Shown here: positions 1 through 42,670 of the stretch, piece after piece
Layout: the number at the start of each line of letters is the position of its first letter
Position numbering within the stretch: the stretch's first letter is position 1
Assembly: GCF_009914755.1 (NCBI RefSeq)
Contig: NC_060925.1
Reading direction: 5' to 3' (one strand)
From: the human T2T-CHM13v2.0 reference genome, Homo sapiens
DNA: 64,000 bases
Made by a program: the position numbers and the translations under genes
The notes under the pieces: model-generated
Seen by the model: the letters and a program-made list of their open reading frames with translations, nothing else
Database searches by the model: none
What the model was told of the DNA's origin: nothing

Positions 1-370
1 CAGAGAAACAAAACCGGTACGATATACATTAAAAGATTTATTTCAAGGAATTGACTTACCCAAATCAGCTAGCACATCCAGAATCCGTTGGGTGGACCAG
101 CAGGCTGGAATCTCTCAGGCAGGAGCTGATGCTGCAGTACAGAGGCAGAATTTCTCCTTCCTTAGGGAAACCTCAATTTTGTTCTTAAGGCGCCTTTTGC
201 TGATTGGATGAGGCCCACCCAAATTACTGAGGATAATCTCCTTTACTTAAAGTCCACTGACTGTAGATGTGAGCTACATCTACAAATACCTTCACAGCAA
301 CACCTGGATTAGTGTTTGAATTATTGGGTTCTACAGCTTAGCCAAGATGACACAGAAAACCAACCATCAC
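1..370 (+). mobile_element. MLT2-like ERVL LTR (3' part)
   Basis: Characteristic gattggatgaggcccacc and gccaagatgacacag...aaccatcac terminus. Confidence 0.7.
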
Positions 371-1480
<1,110 letters not shown>

Positions 1481-1483
1481 CCC

Positions 1484-5877
<4,394 letters not shown>

Positions 5878-6088
5878 TCTGCATTCATAAAAGAAAGACT
5901 GTCAGGTCACAGGAAAGGGAGGGAGAATATTGCAGATGCTCTTGGAAGGATGGGGCAGGGCAGGTGAACCTCTTGTCCATGGCTACTTGAGTAGTAGATT
6001 CTGGAAGAATCAAAGAGCTTCCAGCTGTGTGACCTCGAACAAATTGCTGAACCTTCCTGGATCTCAGTTTCCTCTCCCTTGACACATG

Positions 6089-6903
6089 GGTGTATATTCC
6101 CTACTGCTGCTATCACAAATCACCACAAATACGGTGGCTCGAACTACACAAATGTATTATCTTATAGTTCTATGGGTTAGAAGTCCAGTGCAAGACCCGA
6201 CAGGCTAACCTCAAGGTGTCAGCGGAGCTTGAGGTTCTAGGGGCTGTAGGGGAGAATCTATTCCCTTGCCTTTTCCAGCATCTAGAGGCTTCCTGCATTC
6301 CTTGGCTCATGGCCCCTTCTTCCTTCAAAACCAGCAATGTTGCATTTCTCTCTAACTGTTCTGTATCTCGTATTTCCTTCTGCCTGCATCTTCCACTTTT
6401 AAGGACCTTTATGATTACATTGAGCCCATCCCGATAATCCAGGATAATCTCCCTATTTTAAAAGTCAGCTAAGGGATGGGCACAGTGGCACTCCTGTACT
6501 CCCAGCACTTTGAGAGGCTGAGGTAGGAGGATCACTTGAGGCCAGGAGCTCAAGACCAGCCTGGACAACAAAGTGAGATCCCCCATCTCTGCAAAAATAA
6601 AAAATTAGCTGAGTGTAGTGGTGCACGCCTGTGGTCCCAGCTACTCAGGAGGCTGAGGCAGGAGGATCACTTGAGCCCAAGAGGTCAAAGTTGCAGTGAG
6701 CCATGGATCTTACCACTGCACCCTAACCTGAACAACAAAGCAAGACCCTGTCTGAAAGATAAATAAATAAATAAATAAAAATAAAAGTCAGCTGGTTAGC
6801 AACTGAATTCTACCTATATTTCCCTTTGCATGAACCCTAACATATTCAGAATCTGGAGATAAGGACATGGACATCTTTGAGGCACCATTATTCTGCCCAC
6901 CAC
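6089..6903 (-). mobile_element. MLT1-type MaLR LTR interrupted by an AluJ (~6474-6780)
   Basis: MLT1 antisense motifs; aaaagtcagct is duplicated around the Alu. Confidence 0.7.
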
Positions 6904-6966
6904 ACGGGGTTACTTTCCCATGATATCAGAGCACTCTCCAACCTGCTCAATAACAGAGCCTCCTTT

Positions 6967-7441
6967 TGAGTCAGGAAAATAGGGAAATAGGGTAACCAGG
7001 GGTTAAGGCATAAGCAAAAGAAGAGCAGGTGCAGCCAGTTCTAGGCAAGATTAGCCAACAGACAGGCCACATCCTCACTCAGGTGGTAACAAGACAGAAG
7101 TTTCCATGTCAGCCTCTGATTGACTGAGGGCCAAGCCTCCACTTCAATCTCTGATTGGTCTCTGGCCAATCCTTCATAGGCTGTAGCCAATTGGAGGCCT
7201 CTAAATGGCACCTAGGGGTGTTACCAAATTCTTTTAGCTTAATAAAAACCCTAATGGTGGGGGAGTGCCTCTTGAGCCACTTGCTCCGGCCTGCACTTAC
7301 TCTGCGGAATGTACTTTTGCTTCAAGAAATCTGTGCTTCCGTTACTCTGTTCTTTTGTTGCTTTGTGTATCCTGTTCAATTCTTCATTCAACATGCCAAG
7401 AACCTGGACAACTCACAGTCAAGACCTTCCATCTGGTAACA
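6967..7441 (+). mobile_element. Solo ERV1 LTR (MER51/LTR15-like)
   Basis: TG...CA ends, 4-bp TSD cttt, clustered CCAAT boxes and an aagaacctggac 3' motif. Confidence 0.8.
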
Positions 7442-8708
7442 CTTTGATCCCCCTGGGGAGGCCCCTGCAAACACCAGTATCTCTAGGGAAGGGCCCGGGA
7501 TAGTGTCATTCCGCACATGCCCCCATCTTTCTGTCCCCGCTCCCCTCTCCAACCACAACCTGTAATTATTCCTACAAAGTCCAGGTCTCCTTCAGCTGCC
7601 TCAGGTAGCCACAGTAGCTATTTAACTCTGACTTGTGCTAGACATTGTGCTATGGGTTTTAAATACATGATCTCATTTAATCCTCACAGCCAACGAAGGG
7701 AGCAGTATTAGTGCTATTCTCATTTTATAGGTGAGGAAACTGAAGCTCAGAGAGGTTAAGTAGTCTACCAGAGAACCACTAAGTGGTGGAGCCAGGACTG
7801 ACAATACACTGTCCTGCCCAACACAGGCCCGAGGAACCTTTGTCCCTCTGTAAACAGATTCTTAATTCCCCACAACCCAGATCACCAACCAGACTGGCAT
7901 TTTTGACAAGGCCTTACTGAAGGTCCAAGAATAATGGAGCAATGTTCAGCAGGGAGAACACAACCCCAGGACCACCAGAGAGTGGGTCTCAGGCCCCCCA
8001 GGCCCAGCCCCAGCCTTGGACCCCTCCCTCCCACACACACACTCCACGCATGAGGCAGTGGACGGCCCACCCCACCAACAAGGGGTACCTGGAGCTGCCC
8101 CACTTTCTGAGCCACACCTAACCTTTGCAAGGTCCAAGAAGAAGAAGACATCTGCCCTCCACATGCAGCTGAGATGACCAGTCTCAGTGCACAAGTGCAG
8201 GTATGAAACAAAAGACACATTTGTATGTCCTTTGATGCAATTAAATCCAGCTAGCCCCCATCCTACCGGGCTGGTAGAAAACTTGACCTTTGTAATTACT
8301 GGACTCCTCCTCAGACTTGTGCAAAGGTCCAGGGGCCTTTTGCAGAGCCACCATTGGCCCATATGGATGCCTGCTCTGGGAGGACCTGGATTTGCACCAG
8401 GACACATGCCAAGTGGCATATGGGCTGGAATTCAGCCCCTGCATTCCCACTGGGCACCCTGGGTGCTGCTCTGGAAGCTGCCTGCCTCCACCTCACTCCA
8501 GTCTGAGGATATCTCCTTCTCTCCCTCAGTGCCTTCCAAAGGTGCTCCCCTCCCTGCCTACCTTGCAGAGCTCTTTTTGCAAGTTTAGGCTCTGACCAAA
8601 AGAGTAGAGCAACTGCCTGTAAGTAGCTTCTCTTCCACCCAGCAAGATTCCCAGAGTGAGAAGAAAAAATACTAAAGCCCTGGCAGTTTCCTTTAAAAAA
8701 GAGAAAGA

Positions 8709-9344
<636 letters not shown>

Positions 9345-9585
9345 AATTCTTGATATATTATCCTGCTCCACACTCATAAACGCAAAGGCTCAGTGCAGTT
9401 TACATCAGTGCTGTTCATGACTCAATTTTGGTTGGGTACCTCATAACTGTTCCAGTTTTCTCTTGTCGTGTAATAAAGAACTTCAATACTTAGTGACTTA
9501 AAACAAACAGTAATTGCATTATTAATTATCAACTAGTTGAATGTTGTTATTGTAATTCATTCATTGCATTATTATTCATATTAAT

Positions 9586-11214
<1,629 letters not shown>

Positions 11215-12787
11215 TTAACAATTCATAGAACAACAGATGGAAAATCATGAAGGATACAGAATTCAATACCTACAACCAACAGGATCTAATCGGCATCCAA
11301 CAATCCACCCAACAATAGCAGAACACACATTGTTTTCAAGCACCAATGAAATATATACCAAGATAGACCACACCCTGAGCCACAAAACAAACCTCAACAA
11401 ACTAAAAAAACAACTGAAATCATACAAAATGTGTTCTCTGACCACAGTGGAATCAAACTAGAAATCAACAGTATAGAGATAACATGAAAATCTCTGAACC
11501 CTTTGAAACAAAGCTATACACTTATAAATAATTCATGTGGTCAAAGAATAGATCTCAAAAGAAATTTAACAATATATTTACTTTAATGAGAATAAGAATA
11601 CTCCATATTAACACATGTGGGGCATAGCTAAAGCAGTGGTAAGAGGGAAATTGATAGCAATAAATGCTTACATCAGAAAAGAGGAAGCAGTCCTCCCACC
11701 TTAGACTTCCTAATAGCTGGGACCACAGGTGTGCATCACCACACCCAGCTAAATTTTTTTTTAATTTTCTAGACACAGGGTCTCACTATGTGGCCTAGGC
11801 TGGTCTCAAACTCCTGGGCCTTGGCCTGTCAAAGTGCTGGGATTACAGACATATGCCATTGTGTCTGGCCTAATTCTTGATATATTATCCTGCTCCACAC
11901 TCATAAATGCAAAGGCTCAGTGCAGTTTACATCAGTGCTGTTCATGACTCAATTTCGGTTGGGTACCTCATAACTGTTCCAGCTTTCTCTTGTCGTGTAA
12001 TAAAGAACTTCAATATTTACTGGCCTAAAACAAACAGTAATTGCATTATCAAATCAATAATCTAAGTTCCCATGTCAAGAATCCAGAAAAAAAAATCTAG
12101 GAAAAAAGGAACACAATAAACTCAAAGCAAGCAGAAGATTGAAATAATAAAATAACAGCATAACATTAAAAACAGAAAAGCAAGAAAGAAAACCAATGAA
12201 ACAAAAAACTGGTTTGCTTCACTGTTTCAAAATTGACAAACTTCTAGAAAGACTAACAGGAAAAAAGAGAGAAGATATAAATTATCAATATGAAGAATGA
12301 AACAGGATGTCACTTTAGGCCCTGCAGATATCAAAAAAATAATAAGAGAACACTATGTATAACTCTACAGACATAAATTCAACAATTTTGATGAAATAGA
12401 CCAATTCTGGGAAAAGCCAAAACTACCACAACTTGCTCATATTGAATAGCCCCATAACCATTTAGGAAATTGAATTAACAATGTTTTTTAATTACCAAAG
12501 AAGAAAATCTCCAGAGCCAGGTAGTTTCACTGGAGAATACTACCAAGTGTTTAGAGAAGAATTAATACCATCTACACAATCTCTTCCAGAAAATAGAAGA
12601 GGCAGAAACACTTCCCAATTCATTTTATGAAGCTAATATTATCCTGATACCAAAACCAAACAAAGATAATATACAAAAAAAGAAAGAAAACTACAGACCA
12701 ATATTCCTCATGAGTATAGATGCAAAAATTCTTAACAAAATATTAGCAAATAGAAGTCAGCAACATATCAAAACAATTATATACCAT

Positions 12788-19423
<6,636 letters not shown>

Positions 19424-19465
19424 CAACTGATTTTTGTCAAAGGTGCAAAAGCAATTCAACAGAGG

Positions 19466-19885
19466 TGCTGTGGTTTGAATGTGTTCCTTCCAAAATCCAG
19501 GTATTAACATTTTATGGCCAAAGTGGTTGTATTAATAGGTGGGGCCTTTAAGAGGTGATTAGTTCATGAGGGCTCCTCTGGTGAATGGGATTAAGGCCTG
19601 TATAAAAGAATCTTCTCTTCATGCAGCATTCAGCTTGCTTGCCCTTCTGCCTTCCACCATGTGAGGATACAGTGTTCCTCCCCTCCGGAGGATGCAGCAA
19701 CATAGCACCATCTTGGAAGCAGATGGCAGCCCTCACCAGACAACTAAACCTGCCAACACCTTGATCTTGGACTTCTCAGCCTCCAGAACTAAATAAAATT
19801 TAGCTTATGAGAAATAAAGTTCCATTCTTTATAAATTACCTAGTCTCCAGTATTTTTGTTACAGCATCACAAATTGACTAAAACA
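19466..19885 (+). mobile_element. MST-type MaLR solo LTR
   Basis: tgctgtggtttgaatgtg...gactaaaaca ends with a 5-bp TSD (a/g)gagg. Confidence 0.8.
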
Positions 19886-20141
19886 GGAGGAAAGATAGCC
19901 ATTTCAATAAATGATGCTGGAATAACAGGACACCCATGGGCAAAAACATGAACCCCAACCTAAACCTCACACCTTAATACAAAATTAACTCAAAATAGAT
20001 CACAAACTTAAATCTAAAACACATAATGATAGACTTTTAAAAAACACCATAGAAGAAAATCTCTGGGATCTAGGGCTAGGCAAAGAGTTTGCAGACTTAA
20101 GACCAAAAGCATGATCCATAAGAGAAAAAGTTGACAAAGTG

Positions 20142-20951
<810 letters not shown>

Positions 20952-21874
20952 ATTGGACTTGATCAAAATTTTAAATTTTTGCTCTGCAGAAGACCCAAGA
21001 GGATGAAAAGACAAGCTACAGAATAGAAAAGATTTTCAAACTTAGGTACCTGACAAAGGACTGGTTTCTGGAATGTATAAAGAACCCTCAAAACTCAACA
21101 AGTTTTTAAAAAATCCAATTAGAAAATGGGCAAAAGACATAAAGAGATATTTCACTGAAGAGGATATACAGATGGCAAAAAAGCATATAAAAATGTTCAA
21201 CATCATTAGCTATGAGGAAAGTGCAAATTAAAACCATAATGATACATCAGTACACACCTATTAGAATTACTAAAATAAAAAAAAATAGTGACAATACCAA
21301 ATGTTAGCCAGAAAATACAGGGAAACTCAATCATGCATACACTGCTGGCTAGAATGTAAAAGGGCATAGCCACTGGGGAACAGTTTGGCAGTTTCTGTAA
21401 AAACTAAACACGCAACTACCATTGGAACCATCAGTTGCACTTCTGGGCATTTATCCCAGAGAAATAAAAACTTATGTTCATACAAACACCTATAAACAAA
21501 TGTTCATAGCAGCTTTATTCATAATAGCCCCAAATCGTAAACAACCCAGATGTCCTTCAACAAGTGGATGGTTAAACAAATTGTGCTATATCCATACACG
21601 GAACCACTATTCTGTAACAAAAAGAAACAAACTATTGATATTTGGATGACTCTGCAGAGAATTACACCAAGTGGTAAAAAGAATCCTTAAAGCTTACATA
21701 TTATATGACTCTATTTACATAACGTTCTTGAATGACAAAATTACAGAAATGGAGAACACATTGGTGGTTGCCAGAGGTTAAGGGGAGGGCGTGGTTGGGG
21801 AGCAAATGGGTGTGGTTAGGAAAGGAGAAAGAGGGATTCCTGTGCTGGTGAAAATGTTCTGGACCTTGGCTGTA

Positions 21875-22334
<460 letters not shown>

Positions 22335-22509
22335 TTGACTGTATTAATATCAATATTTTGCTGGTGCTATTGTATTAGAGTTTTGCAAGATGTTCCCATT
22401 GGAGGAAACTATCTACAATTATGTCAAATTTACAATTATCTCAAAGTCAAAAGTTTAATTGTTTAAAAAGATATACAAAATGCATGCCCAAATTTTATAC
22501 TAGATTTCA

Positions 22510-24486
<1,977 letters not shown>

Positions 24487-24494
24487 TGCTTAGG

Positions 24495-24500
24495 TTTATT
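24495..24500 (-). terminator. Candidate poly(A) signal AATAAA for LACTBL1
   Basis: First AATAAA/ATTAAA on the minus strand after the stop codon, about 320 nt downstream. Confidence 0.5.
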
Positions 24501-24814
24501 TTTAAAAGACAAAATACAAGCCCATATTTTGTTTTAGATTCAACAGGCACAAAACTACTGTTTCGATGCTTAAATTTTTGGTTGCCTGTTAGTTTCTAAA
24601 TGCTTACTCTTAATGCCTGTACTTAATCCTTCCTCCCCTATAGATGTGGAGAAATTTGAATTTCTGGCTGTGGTCCAAGACCACACTTTGAGTAGCATCA
24701 CCCTACTCCACTTTGCCAACTACCCGGGTTCTCCAACAGGCATTCCCACAGGCTCCCCTTCCAAACCTTACTCTAGAAAGCTGGGAGGCCAGGGACAGGG
24801 GGGTCCAGGCAGAG

Positions 24815-25860
24815 CCCGGGGTCACTGGGTCTTGAACACCGGCTTGCCCCGCAGCCGCAGCACTCTGTACGTGTTGAGGCCGGGCACGTCGAAGCCGGGT
24901 GACAGCCCGTGGTGATCCAAGGGGTAGAAGTTGACCAGCTGCCCGTGCTGGGCCTCGAGCGAGAGCCACGCGTCGCCGAGTGGCAGTGCGCAGGGGAACT
25001 CGTGGGCCACGTGCAGCTGGAAGACGCGGCCGTGCAGGTGGCGCAGCGCCAGGGTGCGGAACGCTGGAGGCACCAGCGCCTCCACGCGCGGCCCGAACTG
25101 GCGCAGGCGCAGCTCGCCCGCCGGCCCGGCGCGCACCTCGTAGAAGGTCAGGTTGGCGAAGGTGAAGTAGCCGGCGAAGGGGTGCGCGGTGGGCGGCGGA
25201 GCCGGGCCGGGCTCGGCCTCCCGGAGGGCGCGCTCCAGGGCGGGCAGGAGCTCATCGTAGGCCCGCGCCACCAGGTCGGGCCCGGGCGGCCGTGGCCCTG
25301 CCAGCAGCAGCACCAGGCCCAGACGCAGCGGGGGCACCAGCGAGAAGGTGGCGGCGTAGCCGTCCAGATCGCCGTCCTTGCGCACCACGCGGTAGCCCCG
25401 CTGCGCGTGGAACTCCCACGGCGTGCCCGTCTCGTTGGCGAAGTAGGCGCCCGGGCAGGCCAGCAGCGGCGCCAGCAGCGTCTTGGCCGCGTCGGGCCGC
25501 AGGAGCCGCCGGGGCCCGCCGCCCAGGAGCGCCACGGCCAGCTTGGCCAGGTCGGCGGCGGTAGAGTACATCTGGCCCGACGGCCGGTACCAGCCCAGGT
25601 CATAGAGTGGCGCCGGCCGCCCGCTGCCGTAGAAGCCCGCGGCCAGGCGCGCGCGCACGTCGGGCGTGAGGTCAAAGCCCGTGTCTGCCATCCCCAGCGG
25701 CTCCAGCACGTTCTCCGAGACCCAGCGCTGGTAGTCGCCCTGGGCGGTGTGAGCTGCCAGGACGTGGGCCAGGAGCGAGAAGGCCAGCGTGCTGTAATGG
25801 CATCTGGAAGGAGAGCAGTGGCAAGTGGGACGGGGCCCTTCCTCACCCGCCCGCGCTGTC
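24815..25860. promoter_or_regulatory. CpG island over the last LACTBL1 exon
   Basis: Abrupt very high GC and CpG density compared with CpG-depleted flanks. Confidence 0.85.
24822..25803 (-). CDS. LACTBL1: LACTBL1 terminal coding exon (CHYSTLAFSLL...VLEPLGMADTG...KDGDLDGY...KPVFKTQ*)
   Basis: ctctccttccag|A acceptor (phase 2); open to TGA at 24824-24822. Contains YST (25788-25796), the PLGM motif, the PSGQMYST motif and KDG (25371-25379). Confidence 0.96.
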
Positions 25861-27099
25861 TGAAATGCCACCAGTTTCATGGGACTGGGCGGGGCTGGGA
25901 AGGAACCTGCTCCCCTGCATCCCAGGTGGTCAGACCTGGAAGAGACTTTGGAGCACTGACTCTGACTCTCTTCTACATCTGGGAAGACCAAGGCCCAGAG
26001 AGGGGCGGGGAATTGCCCAGGGTCATACAGCAGGATGGAGGAGAGCTGAGCTCAGCGGTGCACCTGGGAAAGCTGTCACACAAATCTTATTGGTCCTTCA
26101 CACTTTAGTATGATTTACCTTATCTAATGGAAAATTAAAGGCTTACACTGCTCTGGGGAAACAAAAATGATAGTGACCATGTATGAGGCAAGGTCTCACC
26201 CCTCCCTTCTTCCAGGCTGTAGCAGACACCAGTAACCAGCAAGAGGCCTCTTTTCTTTCCCAGAGCAAATACAGTTTCAGAATCTCTAAAACAGAAAGGT
26301 GCAAGGATGTGTGAAAATTCACAAATTCTCCTAGGCATTCCTGAACTCTGGGCCAACTTCCTTATTTTTGCAGATGAGGAAGATTAGTTAGATGAGTTTC
26401 ACAGAGATAAAGTGCACCACCCAAGGTCACATTGCCATAGTTATTTGCAGAGCTGAGAGGAGGACTCCAGCCTGAAGATGTCCAAGCATCTCCTCTCTCT
26501 GCATCTCCTGGATCATTTCTTCCTTAAGGGAAGTGGGGCCTGAGGTTCAGCATTTGGAGAAGCAGAGGGACAAATTTGGAAAAGGGTCACTGACCAGCGG
26601 CTCAGAAGGGGGCCCCTGAAGCTGGGGAGTGCCAGCTGTCCTCTGTCCAGCCCCACAGCCCCACTGCTCCCAGAGTGGGGCTTCTCTGTTCAGTGGCCAC
26701 CCAGCTATCCACTCCCCATCTGGTCAGCAACCCGTTTATTTCCAACCTGGCAAAATCTGTATTCACCTTGCTTATTTGCTCACGGTGTCTCCCTCACAAG
26801 AGTGCAAACTCCACGAGGAGCAAACCGGGTGTTTATCACCTTCTGGGCAAAGTAGGTGCTCAATAAATGTTAAGTGGGTAAATGGAAAAAACATTCCATT
26901 CAAACAGAACAGGATTCTGGGCCCAGCTCTCCCCTGTCTTGCTGGCCTCCCCTCTCTAGGTCTTGCCCTTTGCAGCTGGGGAGCAGGTCTCTCCCGGCTC
27001 TGCCAACCTAGGATGAGGTGATGTGGGCTCTTTGCCAGGCAGGTGTGTCTCCCCAGGAGGCTCCTAACATGAGGCTGGGCATCAGGGTATGCTCCTCAC

Positions 27100-27205
27100 C
27101 TGGTTCCCGGGTCCACTACCAGCACATCGTCCTTGAGCAGGTTCAGGGCCTCCTGGGTGCTGCCCTTCCACAGCAGTGAAGTGGAGCGCAGCCTTCTGGG
27201 CAGCC
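27100..27205 (-). CDS. LACTBL1: LACTBL1 coding exon (GLPRRLRSTSLLWKGSTQEALNLLKDDVLVVDPGTR)
   Basis: ctccctag|GG acceptor and AG|GTGAGG donor; 106 bp, phase 1 to phase 2. PGT precedes the YxN-type motif. Confidence 0.93.
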
Positions 27206-27531
27206 CTAGGGAGGAGCAGTGGTCAGACTTACCGGGCCCGGCTGAGGGTGGGATGGTGGGCCCCTGGGTGCACTCCCTCCCCACCTTCCGTGAGTTGAGA
27301 GATAACAACAACAAATCAGTTTTTTAAAAAAGAAAATCAGCCTAGCGTGGACTCCAGTCCTGCCTTCTCTTCCTGCCTGTGTGTCACTGGGCAGGTCACT
27401 GGGCCTCTCTGAGTCCCAGTCCTTCATCTGTAATATAAGGGAAATAATCCTTGTACCCAAGGGCTGATTAGATTAGATTGGATAAAATGTTTAGTATGGT
27501 GCCTGGCACATACTAACTGCTCAAAAAATAA

Positions 27532-30162
<2,631 letters not shown>

Positions 30163-30461
30163 CATATTGACTCGTTGACTTGCTCTTGCCTTATCAACTT
30201 CATTTTGACCTGCACTGATGGGTAAGACCTGCCAACTCATCTTGATGTTTCTACTTGGTCTAAATTTCCAGGCTTCAGTTCAGCTTTTACCTCGAGAGAT
30301 GTTTCTTTCCCTGGCCCACCACCCACATCCCATGAGAGGGACGTAGGGCCAGTTCAGGAAGCAGAGCCAAGAGTGAGCCCAGCCTGGCTGGATGAGAACC
30401 TGTTCCTCAGCTTCCCCACCTGAAATGGTTTGGGTCAGCCTGAGTCAGTTCTGAGACTCAC

Positions 30462-30697
30462 CTGAGAGCTGGCTGGCCATCCTTCGAAGGGTGACAGGTG
30501 AAGGCCTTGGGGCGGGGCCCACCTGCTCCAGCCCGTCCATCAGGCCCTGCTGTTCGGCTGATGCCAGGCCCAGCGGGTTGTTAATGGTGAAGGTGCTGGC
30601 ATACCGCTCCAGAGGGTCATCTAGGGAGGCCACGATGCCCTCCTCCCACAGACGGTACAGCATGAGGACAGGAAAGATCTTGGAGATGCTGGAGATC
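30462..30697 (-). CDS. LACTBL1: LACTBL1 coding exon carrying the catalytic SxxK motif (RISSISKIFPVLMLYRLWEEGIVASLDDPL...VTLRRMASQLSG)
   Basis: ctag|G acceptor and G|GTGAGT donor; 236 bp, phase 2 to phase 1. SISK at 30679-30690; LDDP and TLRRMASQLSGL resemble class-C-like LDDP and TLxxLLxHxSGL motifs. Confidence 0.95.
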
Positions 30698-31718
30698 CTA
30701 GATAATGTTGGGAATACAAGCAGTCAAAGGGCATCCTGTTGGCCCCACAACCCACCTCCTGCCCCCATCCTGCAACTTTTTAGTGTTCTAGAAAAGCACT
30801 GCATCCCTGCTTAAGTCAACATCTCCAACAGAAATTAACCAGCCTCTGTGGAGCTGCCTTTGGGATGCTTGAGAACGTAACCAGAAGCCGAGGGGCTGAG
30901 GTGGGATGGATATCCTGGGCCAGGCTCTTTTCCAGCCATTTCCCATTCAGGGACAGACCTGGGTTTGGATGGTGTCTCTGCCTCTCACTGGCCATGTGGC
31001 CTTAGGCAAGTTTCTAGACCCATCTAAGATTCAGTTTCATTGTCTGCTTCACCGGTTGTATTAATAAAAGAATGGAACGAGGTTGTGCATGCAAAGTGCC
31101 TGTCTACGTTCCTAGGAGGTGGTAAGTGCTCAGTACATGCTAGCACATATAACTGTTGGCCCCATGCCTGGCACAAAGCAGGTGCAATTTAAATGCAATT
31201 CCCTCAGGACTCCTGTAAAACCCACAGTGTCCCCAGGAACAAATGTGTTCACTCTGCATCATGAACTTTGAGGATCCTGCAGGCAGCATGCAGAAGGGGA
31301 GACTCCAGATATGCAACAGAATGTCCCCATCTGTTTGCATCTGGGCCACTGCTGCCACTTGACAGGGACCTGGGGCAAGGACCTAGGAACTGGTTATGGT
31401 TCCTTTGTGGCACATGGTCAGGGTTGGGGGGATGGGCACAAGGTAGCCTTTTCTAGTTTGGGAGGTTTAGGGCTAAGGTTCTTTCCAGAAGGGATTCCTT
31501 CCTGACCTTTTACCCCTGTGATGTAACATTGGGAACTCACTGGACTTCAGTCCTCTCTGGACTTCGGTCTCCTCTTCTATAAAACTGTCAAGACTTCATA
31601 ATAGGCCCTGGCAGATTAGACCCCAGCCATGATTCTCTTCAGTATCCTTACCTCCTAGGTCTCCCTTGCCCTCCCATCCCTTACCCCTCCACAGGACCCT
31701 AGAGATCACCCAGCTGAC

Positions 31719-31876
31719 CTGTACATGGTGTACTCATTGGGGGCCCCAGAAGCCGGGTCTGAGCCATTCTTCTTCCCAAAGTTCCCTGTCCAGAGCACAG
31801 TATCATTGTGGATGACAACTGCAGACATGGCAGCCACGCCTGGGGCAGACATTGCCTGGCGCAGGATCTGGTCCAC
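31719..31876 (-). CDS. LACTBL1: LACTBL1 coding exon (VDQILRQAMSAPGVAAMSAVVIHNDTVLWTGNFGKKNGSDPASGAPNEYTMYR)
   Basis: ttttccctcaag|GTG acceptor and AG|GTCAGC donor; 158 bp, phase 0 to phase 2. Resembles the N-terminal strands of beta-lactamase-family proteins. Confidence 0.93.
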
Positions 31877-32109
31877 CTTGAGGGAAAAGAACGGGTGCAG
31901 TGACAGGCCCCCCTGCCCTCACCCTCAGTAATCATCTGCAAAGCCACCCTCGTCCATAGTCACACCCTGCATGCAGCACCCCAGTGAGCCTCCCAGCTAT
32001 GCCCCATGGGCTGGGGCCCCCACTGTTGGGCTTCTTCATAAGATGTTTTCTCAAAGAAACAGTTTCTTAGCAAAATAAAAAAGGAGAGGGGGTTAAAACG
32101 ACTGCTTTA

Positions 32110-36392
<4,283 letters not shown>

Positions 36393-37068
36393 CAGACCCA
36401 AACAGGAAAATTACAAACCTTAGGGAGGATTTCTCAACAACCCCATGACATGGGTTTCACAGAATAGGGTGGTCCCAGCTAGAGCCTAGGCTTTGCTCAG
36501 CCTGGGACCCAGGTAGGGGCTAGTGTCCACAGTGGTGCTCCTCCTGCTTTAATTGGCAAACAAAGGGCCTGGTAGTTATCACTGTCAGTGGTGGCTCCTT
36601 TATTGGGCCTTGACCCGTTCAGGAAGGAGAGGCTCCAAGGCTTGGCAGCTGCTGCCCCTGAACACCTGTGAGTTGTTCCTATTGAGGTCTTAGATACAGC
36701 TGCAGGAAGGTCTTGAAAGGGGGCTGGAGCCTGGAGATTCCATCATGGTGGCCAAAGGCAGAGGAAGGGAAACACCGTTTGCTCTTCCTTTGGTGTCCTT
36801 GAATTTTACCCCCAAACTGGGTGTCTTGAAGAAACCCCAGTGGCATCAGGATCCTCATTTTATACACGAGGACATCGAGGCACAGAGAGGCAACAAGACT
36901 GTCCCAAAGATGCACAGCTAGTGAGAGCTGGACTCAGAATGGAGTCCAGAGCTTCTGAGTCTAAATCTTATGGTCCTCCCCTACACACTAGAATCAGGGG
37001 TGGCAGCTCAAAGCCCAGGAGGACCCAGGGGGCTATGGGGAGGAACTCAAGGCTGTCTCTGCACTCAC

Positions 37069-37204
37069 CGGTCTTCAGCTTGGGGAGGTGATACTGCCAC
37101 AGGAAGCAGCCAGTCATGACCACTGAGAGCAGGCAGAAGAAGCTGCAGATGGCCGGGAGGAGCCACTTCTTCTTCACTTTCAGCAAGTTGGGCCACCAGC
37201 CATC
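37069..37204 (-). CDS. LACTBL1: LACTBL1 coding exon encoding basic patch and hydrophobic signal anchor (DGWWPNLLKVKKKWLLPAICSFFCLLSVVMTGCFLWQYHLPKLKTG)
   Basis: Acceptor ctctcccag|GAT and donor ACCG|GTGAGT (phase 1, matching the next exon). An in-frame internal ATG lies at 37117. Confidence 0.85.
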
Positions 37205-37503
37205 CTGGGAGAGCAAGGACATAAGGTACAGTCCCCTTGGGGGTCAGTCAGAGGGAAGAGAGGGACCCTAACCCTGGCCCCTCCTAGGCCTCAAGTTAGC
37301 CAGACATCACAAGAGCCCACAGCTTTGGATAAATTTCACAGTTGTGAAACCAATGCCCTTCCCAGTGTGACTCTTTCAATAGTTCTGCCCTCCAAGAGCA
37401 CCCACCCCTTTGCTTGCTGTACCTTGTTCCCCTATGGACTTAGTGAAATATCGTAAGACCAGCTGAAATGCCACCTCCTCCAGGAAGCTTTCCTCAACTC
37501 TCC

Positions 37504-42670
<5,167 letters not shown>

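Noticed and set aside
7860-8700. Overlapping 110-170-aa ORFs in unique sequence
   Set aside because: No recognisable domain or consistent exon chain is visible, and lncRNA exons cannot be assessed from sequence alone.
25804-25991. N-terminal part of the 389-aa ORF
   Set aside because: It lies upstream of the acceptor at 25804-25805 and is intronic read-through of the frame.
24909-26108. 399-aa plus-strand ORF (and a 232-aa alternative-frame minus ORF) overlapping the last exon
   Set aside because: These are shadow ORFs expected from very high GC3 and few stop codons. They have non-ATG starts and no recognisable domain.
37205-37222. In-frame ATG at 37222 (MSLLSQ) as the true start
   Set aside because: It sits within the acceptor polypyrimidine tract and has weak context. 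The spliced MKTQ start is preferred, although use under intron retention or an alternative TSS cannot be excluded.
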